Position numbers and translations under genes: made by a program. From contig OZ244561.1 in assembly GCA_965217585.1 (NCBI GenBank), forward strand, positions 2,880,001-2,944,000: a stretch of 64,000 bases of DNA, written 5' to 3'. Each line of letters begins with the position of its first letter. The stretch's first letter is position 1. The notes beneath the pieces were generated by a model, which searched no databases, was not told the DNA's origin, and was given only the letters and a program-made list of their open reading frames with translations. The DNA comes from Candidatus Latescibacterota bacterium (lineage in GTDB: Bacteria; Latescibacterota; UBA2968; UBA8231). Below are positions 58,933-64,000 of the stretch, piece after piece.

Positions 58933-60999
58933 TCAATAGGCTACGCCGACGGTGCGCGTACTGGCGCTAGCGCGCGCATCGCCTTCGATGTTGAGTTGAA
59001 TTAGATAGAGGCCAGGAGCCACGTTCTCACCCTGATCGTCGGTCCCGTCCCACCGCAGTTGGGTCAGGCTTTCCGAGCTGTACACGCCGCTCTGTCCTTT
59101 GATGTTAAAAAGGCGGCGCACCCGGCGGCCCCCTAGGTCGTATATATTGACCGCAATCTGCCCGCCATCGACCGCGAGGACCTCGCACTCCATATCTAAG
59201 ACGTCGTTGATTCCGTCGCCATTGGGCGTGATAACAGATGCGGCGAGGTCAAAGCTGCCCACTAGGCTGCCGCTGTTGACGGCCGGACTCAAGACGGTAG
59301 TGTCCGACTTAAACGAGATGTCGCCTTCGTCCAGCGCAGTGGCGTCTCCGGCTTGGACGCTCTGGAAGGCGTCTTCTTCCAACAGTAATCCCCGGCCCTC
59401 AAAGGCCGTGCTGTACGAGAGGATGCGGCTGACGAAGTGGATCTTCAACACGGTGTTGTGCGCTGCAACTCGCGGGAAGCGCACCGCAAAGCTGCGCTCT
59501 GAGATCGCGGTGATGGCCACGTCGCCCTCGTCGGCGACTGCGTCTTGTACCGCAAAGTTGTGTTCTAGGAGGAACTCACCTTGCGCGTCGATAATTTCAA
59601 TGCGCTCGATGCGATCTATGCGGCTGCCGGTGACTAGCTCAAAGCTGTCGAAGCCCTGCAGATCTCCGCTTTCCATCTCGGCGCGCACGGCATAGACGAA
59701 GGGAATGTCTGCGGCTGCGGGCACCTCGCGTGGAAAGATCTCGCCGACGAGAACATCGGCCAACGCCGGCGTTGTGAAGTCAAAGGAAAACTGCCGCAGG
59801 ATTTTGGCCGATTCTAGGTCGTCGGACTGAAAGTCAACCCGGAACTGGAAGTAGCGGCGCGGCCCAGGCGAGAGGACCAACGCGCCCTCGCTGCCGGTGC
59901 CGGCGACCGGATCGTAGGGCGAAGTCCATGGACTCCAATTGGCCAAGTCGTTGCGCACGGGACCGCGTTCCCACACATCGGCGGGGCCTCCTTTAGCTGG
60001 CAGGTCGAGGTACTCGTCGCGCAAGAGTGGCTGGTCGGGATTATCGACTGAGAAGGATATCTCCTCGGCGTCTTGACGCCCCACGCGCTTGCGCGTATAG
60101 GCGAAGGGCGACAAGTCTCTGCCGCTGCGAGTGCGGATGTGCATCTGTACGGCGCTTGCCTGCCCAACGGTCTCCTCCAGCCAGCGCAAGCGTCCCCAAT
60201 TGGCCGGGGTGCCCATGTCGATAATCGGCGAGATGTACTGCACGGTGGGGAAGAAGCCCTCGCCAAAGACTTGGAATTTCTCCACCTCAAAGGGGATGGA
60301 TGAGGTGGCGCGCAGGCGGATGAAGCGCAAAAAGCGCGGCGGGTTGATTTCGATGGTGGAGATCGGATCGGTGCTGTTGGTGCGCACCGCAAAGGTTTCC
60401 CATATCGGGTTGCCGGCCTCGGTCAACACTTGGCCGTCGTTGACCTGCACCTCGAAGTTTTTGAGGAAATCCTCCTGAAAGGGCGTCGATGGTGACGGGA
60501 AGACCGTATTGCGCGGGAAGAAGCGGACTTGGTTGACGCCAAAGCGCGCGCCCAAATCGAGCACGAGCAAGGTGCCCAACACGTCCCGTCCCTTGCGCTC
60601 GAAGGCCCCGCCAGAGGGGTCGGGCGATACGATCTGCGCGAGGATGTTTTGCAACTGGGACTCGGCGAGGTCGAAAACGGTTGGAGCGCGGATGCTGCCA
60701 CCGCGCTCGGCGATTTCAGTGGCGAGGTTTTGGCCCTCCTGTACTCGGCGGGGCAGGATGCTAGCGGGAAAATCCGCGCTGGCGAAATCGACGAGATTGA
60801 CCGGCGCGACGCCGATTTCGGTGATGTTGGGATCCAAAGTGGAGCGGTACTCCGGCTCGATGGTTTGCACCGCGCCTCCAGCTTCCACTTCTCCCTCCCA
60901 GCTAATCTGGCCGTCTTGGCCGATGAGCAATACTTGACGCCCCTGTGAATCGCTGCCGTGCAAAAGCACCAATGCACCTATGAGAAGCAAGCGCTTCAT
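58933..60999 (-). CDS. Paralogous secreted protein with discoidin-like and TPNGDG/FlgD-Ig domains
   Basis: MKRLLLIGALVLL start overlaps the upstream stop; NQVRFFPR...FQVFGEGF; TPNGDGIND...IYDLGGRRV...WDGTDDQGENVAPGLY. Confidence 0.75.
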   Translation of the reverse strand: MKRLLLIGALVLLHGSDSQGRQVLLIGQDGQISWEGEVEAGGAVQTIEPEYRSTLDPNITEIGVAPVNLVDFASADFPASILPRRVQEGQNLATEIAERGGSIRAPTVFDLAESQLQNILAQIVSPDPSGGAFERKGRDVLGTLLVLDLGARFGVNQVRFFPRNTVFPSPSTPFQEDFLKNFEVQVNDGQVLTEAGNPIWETFAVRTNSTDPISTIEINPPRFLRFIRLRATSSIPFEVEKFQVFGEGFFPTVQYISPIIDMGTPANWGRLRWLEETVGQASAVQMHIRTRSGRDLSPFAYTRKRVGRQDAEEISFSVDNPDQPLLRDEYLDLPAKGGPADVWERGPVRNDLANWSPWTSPYDPVAGTGSEGALVLSPGPRRYFQFRVDFQSDDLESAKILRQFSFDFTTPALADVLVGEIFPREVPAAADIPFVYAVRAEMESGDLQGFDSFELVTGSRIDRIERIEIIDAQGEFLLEHNFAVQDAVADEGDVAITAISERSFAVRFPRVAAHNTVLKIHFVSRILSYSTAFEGRGLLLEEDAFQSVQAGDATALDEGDISFKSDTTVLSPAVNSGSLVGSFDLAASVITPNGDGINDVLDMECEVLAVDGGQIAVNIYDLGGRRVRRLFNIKGQSGVYSSESLTQLRWDGTDDQGENVAPGLYLIQLNIEGDARASASTRTVGVAY

Positions 61000-62939
61000 A
61001 AGCTTTCCCCGAGAATTTTTTCTGCCAATGCCTTTTGCTCCACTTCGACTCGCTGCTGGAGTTGGGCTCGCTGCCTTGCCCGCTGATAGTGCGCCGCTGC
61101 GTCCCGTGCCTCTACGTCCCGTCCCAATTGGCGGTACGCCTTGCTTAAGTGGCCTTGGACCCGCCAGTTGTGAGGCTCTAGTTCGGCGAGGCGCAGCCAA
61201 AGGGCTAGGGCTTCGCTGGGCTGTCCCTGCTCTAACAGTACTTCACCCAATAGGAGCAGCCCCGCGCGGTGGTCTGGTGCCAGCGCTAGGGCTCGCGAGA
61301 GCAGCGACTCGGCCGCTGCTAGCTGCCCGTTGTGCCGCAAGAGTGCGGCTGCTTCCACCCGCGCCCGCACGCCATAGACCGGACTGTCTAGGAGCTGGCG
61401 ATAGGTTCGCTCGGCGTCTGCAATCTGTCCGCTGGCAGCGTAGGCACGCGCTAGTTGGTAGCGCACCCGGCTGCTGTCTGGGCTCAACGTTAGCAGCCGC
61501 TCGTAGGATTGCACGGCCTCGTCGAGTGCGCCGCTTGTCAGTTGCGCGTCCCCCAAGCGCCCGAGTAGGGCCTCCTGTCCGCTGCTTGCGACGAGCTGTT
61601 GGTAGATTGTGCGCGCTTGTTGGGGACGGCCCACCGCCATGTAGCGATCGCCGAGTGCCCGCTGCCCGCGCTCGTCGGCGGGCCAGCGCGCGACGAATGC
61701 TCGGCTGATGCCGAGTGCTCGCTCGGGTTTGCCGCTGGCGTCGTAGAGCGCCGCCAAGGCCCAATACACATTCTTGTCGGAACTGCCCGCGGCCAAGGCC
61801 TGTTCGTATGCGGCAATCGCCGTGGCCGTCATGCCCAACTCTTCATAGGCGCGACCCAAATAGCGGTGCTGCGAGGCTTGCGCCGCTCGGTCCATGGCTG
61901 GCGTGCTGGCGTTGACCAATGCCGCGACTAGGACCAAACCCGCCACGGCTACCCCCTTCCACGCCCAAGACAACTGCGCCAGTTGCCCGACCCCGCTCAC
62001 CGCAAAGAGCAAGAGCACGGGTACCAGCACCATGCGCGTCTCGGCATGGGCGCCGTAGAGCGCAGTTCCGATTGCGCCGGTTGCGACAAACAGCAGGGCG
62101 AGCAAAGCGCCCCGCTCTCGCGCCGCCAAGGCAAAACCCACGCCCAATAGCGCAAGCGGCACGACTAAGCCGAAGGGAAACGCCAGACCCCATTTCCATA
62201 GTAGGGCCGCTAGGACAGCTGAATCGCCGCGCGCGTGATACATATCCAGCGCGGGCAAGTGCTCTCCGCCGCGTACGAGGAGGTCGGGCGAGCCGCCCGC
62301 ACTCGTGGCCATCCCCCAAAAATACCACAGCGCGAACGCACAAGCCGTTCCCAGCGCACAGGCCCAACACGTCCGCTGCTTTCCTCCTATCCACAGCCAC
62401 CACAGCACGGCTGGCGTGAAGAGCGCGACTTGCGGGGCAGCTAGCAAGCAAAGGGCCAGCAAAAGCCCGACTCCGAAGAACGCCCTTCCACTGCTTTGCT
62501 GATCGGTCCACAAAAGCGCTGCCAACAGCGAGAGCACCAGAAATACCGCGAGGACCGGGGGCAGTAATGCGCCGGTGAAATAGAGGGCTGGCCCGTACAG
62601 GGCCGCGCATAAAGCCGCGATAAGTCCCGTGCCCGGCCCCCAGAGCGCACGGCCGATTAGGGCCAACAGCACACAACTAGCCGCGCCTAGCAGGACTTGG
62701 ACGTAGCGGGGTGCCAGCCCGGTGGCGACGAGGCCGCGCAAAAAGAGCGGGTACAAGGGGCTGGCAACCGCGGCGTTCCCCTCCCCCCTAGCGGCTTCGA
62801 CATAGGGCCGGCTCGCCGCTGTCGGCACCTCCAAGAAGGGGTTTTGCTCGACCTCATCCAGATAGGTCAGGCGCGGCCAAAGGGCCATGAGCGCGATGCC
62901 GATGACGGCTGCGCCAAAGTTGTCGTTGCGCCAAATCAC
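60996..62939 (-). CDS. Polytopic membrane protein (GT-C/PMT-like) with C-terminal TPR repeats
   Basis: SPLYPLFL followed by multiple TM helices; TPR-like helices (YLGRAYEELG...AIAAYEQAL). Confidence 0.75.
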   Translation of the reverse strand: MIWRNDNFGAAVIGIALMALWPRLTYLDEVEQNPFLEVPTAASRPYVEAARGEGNAAVASPLYPLFLRGLVATGLAPRYVQVLLGAASCVLLALIGRALWGPGTGLIAALCAALYGPALYFTGALLPPVLAVFLVLSLLAALLWTDQQSSGRAFFGVGLLLALCLLAAPQVALFTPAVLWWLWIGGKQRTCWACALGTACAFALWYFWGMATSAGGSPDLLVRGGEHLPALDMYHARGDSAVLAALLWKWGLAFPFGLVVPLALLGVGFALAARERGALLALLFVATGAIGTALYGAHAETRMVLVPVLLLFAVSGVGQLAQLSWAWKGVAVAGLVLVAALVNASTPAMDRAAQASQHRYLGRAYEELGMTATAIAAYEQALAAGSSDKNVYWALAALYDASGKPERALGISRAFVARWPADERGQRALGDRYMAVGRPQQARTIYQQLVASSGQEALLGRLGDAQLTSGALDEAVQSYERLLTLSPDSSRVRYQLARAYAASGQIADAERTYRQLLDSPVYGVRARVEAAALLRHNGQLAAAESLLSRALALAPDHRAGLLLLGEVLLEQGQPSEALALWLRLAELEPHNWRVQGHLSKAYRQLGRDVEARDAAAHYQRARQRAQLQQRVEVEQKALAEKILGESL

Positions 62940-62942
62940 GCG

Positions 62943-64000
62943 CTATTCCAATCCTGCGTAGATCGTTATAAAGGTCTGACTGGTGTACCGCGCCTTGACC
63001 TCTTTGAAGGCTTGGCGCTCGATGCGCAGCCCGGTTAGGGCGTGGAGGCTGTAACCCAAGTACTGAGACTGGTTGGTAAACTGAACCGCGCCGGTAATGG
63101 AGTTAAAATCATTGGCATCGACGTCGAGATCGTTAAAAATCAGGTACTCGACGCCGGCTTGGAGTCGGGTGGCTCTCAGGAGGCGAGTTTCGACGACGGC
63201 CGAAAAAAGCTCGTAGAGACTGGTGGAATGCTCTAAGGCAAAGAGACTGCGCGACTGCTTGCGGAACTCGCTCTTCCAGCGCGGCTCCAAACTCAGCCGG
63301 CCCAAGGCATAGCGGTAGCTGGCCTTGTTGATCACGCCAAAGAAGAAGTCCTGCTCGTCTAGCTCTAGGGCCTGTCGGCGGGCCTCGCTCATTAGCTGGC
63401 GAAAGCGCACGTAGTTGACTTTGGTCTGCACGCGATAGGAGGCCGATTGCAAGTTGTGGCCCACAAAGAGTTGGTTGATCCAAGTGTCGCGGGCCAACAA
63501 GGGGTCTTCGACCTTAGTCAACTCGCCGCCGCGCAGGGTGTTGTCCGGGGCCCACTGCAAGAGGGGATTGGGAATGTCGTCCTCTACCAATTTGCTCATT
63601 TCAAAGAAGCGCAAGCGCCCAAAGCGCGGGGAGTTGTTGTCGTACGTCACGAGGGCGTAGGTGCTCTTGTTTTGCTGGTTCGACGAGATGAGTTCCTCGC
63701 GCAGCGCGCCGACCATTACCTTGAGTTGTGGCGTCAGGTTCGCACCACCGTACACATTGTACCCGCGGTGGTCGCGGCGATAGGGGTAATCTGGCTCTTC
63801 GTCGTTTTCGTATTGGTCGATCCAGAAGTTGTTGTTCATGTCCATCCCGAAGAGGAATTCCGGACGGTCGGAATGGAAGCGGAGGAAAGGCTCTTCGTAG
63901 TCGGGCACGGCGTTGGAGCGCACGACGTTGTCGTTTTGGTTGATGTCGGGCACGAAGTCGTTGTTTTGGTCCCAACCCGGGAAGACCTGGGAATCGCCTT
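62943..64000 (-). CDS. Paralog of 54301-56889 (5'-partial)
   Basis: Shares PDINQND, PDYEEPFLRF, DMNNNFW, LEPRWKSEF; ends FITIYAGLE. Confidence 0.8.
   Translation of the reverse strand, partial: GDSQVFPGWDQNNDFVPDINQNDNVVRSNAVPDYEEPFLRFHSDRPEFLFGMDMNNNFWIDQYENDEEPDYPYRRDHRGYNVYGGANLTPQLKVMVGALREELISSNQQNKSTYALVTYDNNSPRFGRLRFFEMSKLVEDDIPNPLLQWAPDNTLRGGELTKVEDPLLARDTWINQLFVGHNLQSASYRVQTKVNYVRFRQLMSEARRQALELDEQDFFFGVINKASYRYALGRLSLEPRWKSEFRKQSRSLFALEHSTSLYELFSAVVETRLLRATRLQAGVEYLIFNDLDVDANDFNSITGAVQFTNQSQYLGYSLHALTGLRIERQAFKEVKARYTSQTFITIYAGLE

Overview
GC-rich bacterial window with no rRNA, tRNA, CRISPR array or intact integrase/transposase detected by eye. Gene content (WGxIK-tailed secreted protein, FlgD-Ig surface proteins, PhyH, many duplicated MacB permeases) suggests an FCB-related candidate phylum such as Latescibacterota; this is inference only. 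There are four blocks. (1) 1-16.0 kb: seven tandem duplicated-type MacB/FtsX permeases with no ATPase. (2) 18.5-42.0 kb: an accessory region of catabolic, toxin-antitoxin and defence genes. It is bracketed and punctuated by copies of the 3' end of the PNPOx-like gene at 41931-42440, and several cargo genes abut such duplicated host-gene fragments exactly at their stop codons. It also holds a transposase-free TIR/TSD cassette carrying a TA pair and a frameshifted Avs2-like STAND-nuclease. (3) 42.5-53.2 kb: ABC exporters, a sugar ABC importer and PhyH. (4) 53.3-64 kb: a co-oriented cluster of uncharacterised secreted or outer-membrane proteins with T9SS-like C-terminal domains, putative Ca-binding beta-barrel paralogs and a GT-C/TPR protein. 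All family assignments come from motif recognition, not database searches.
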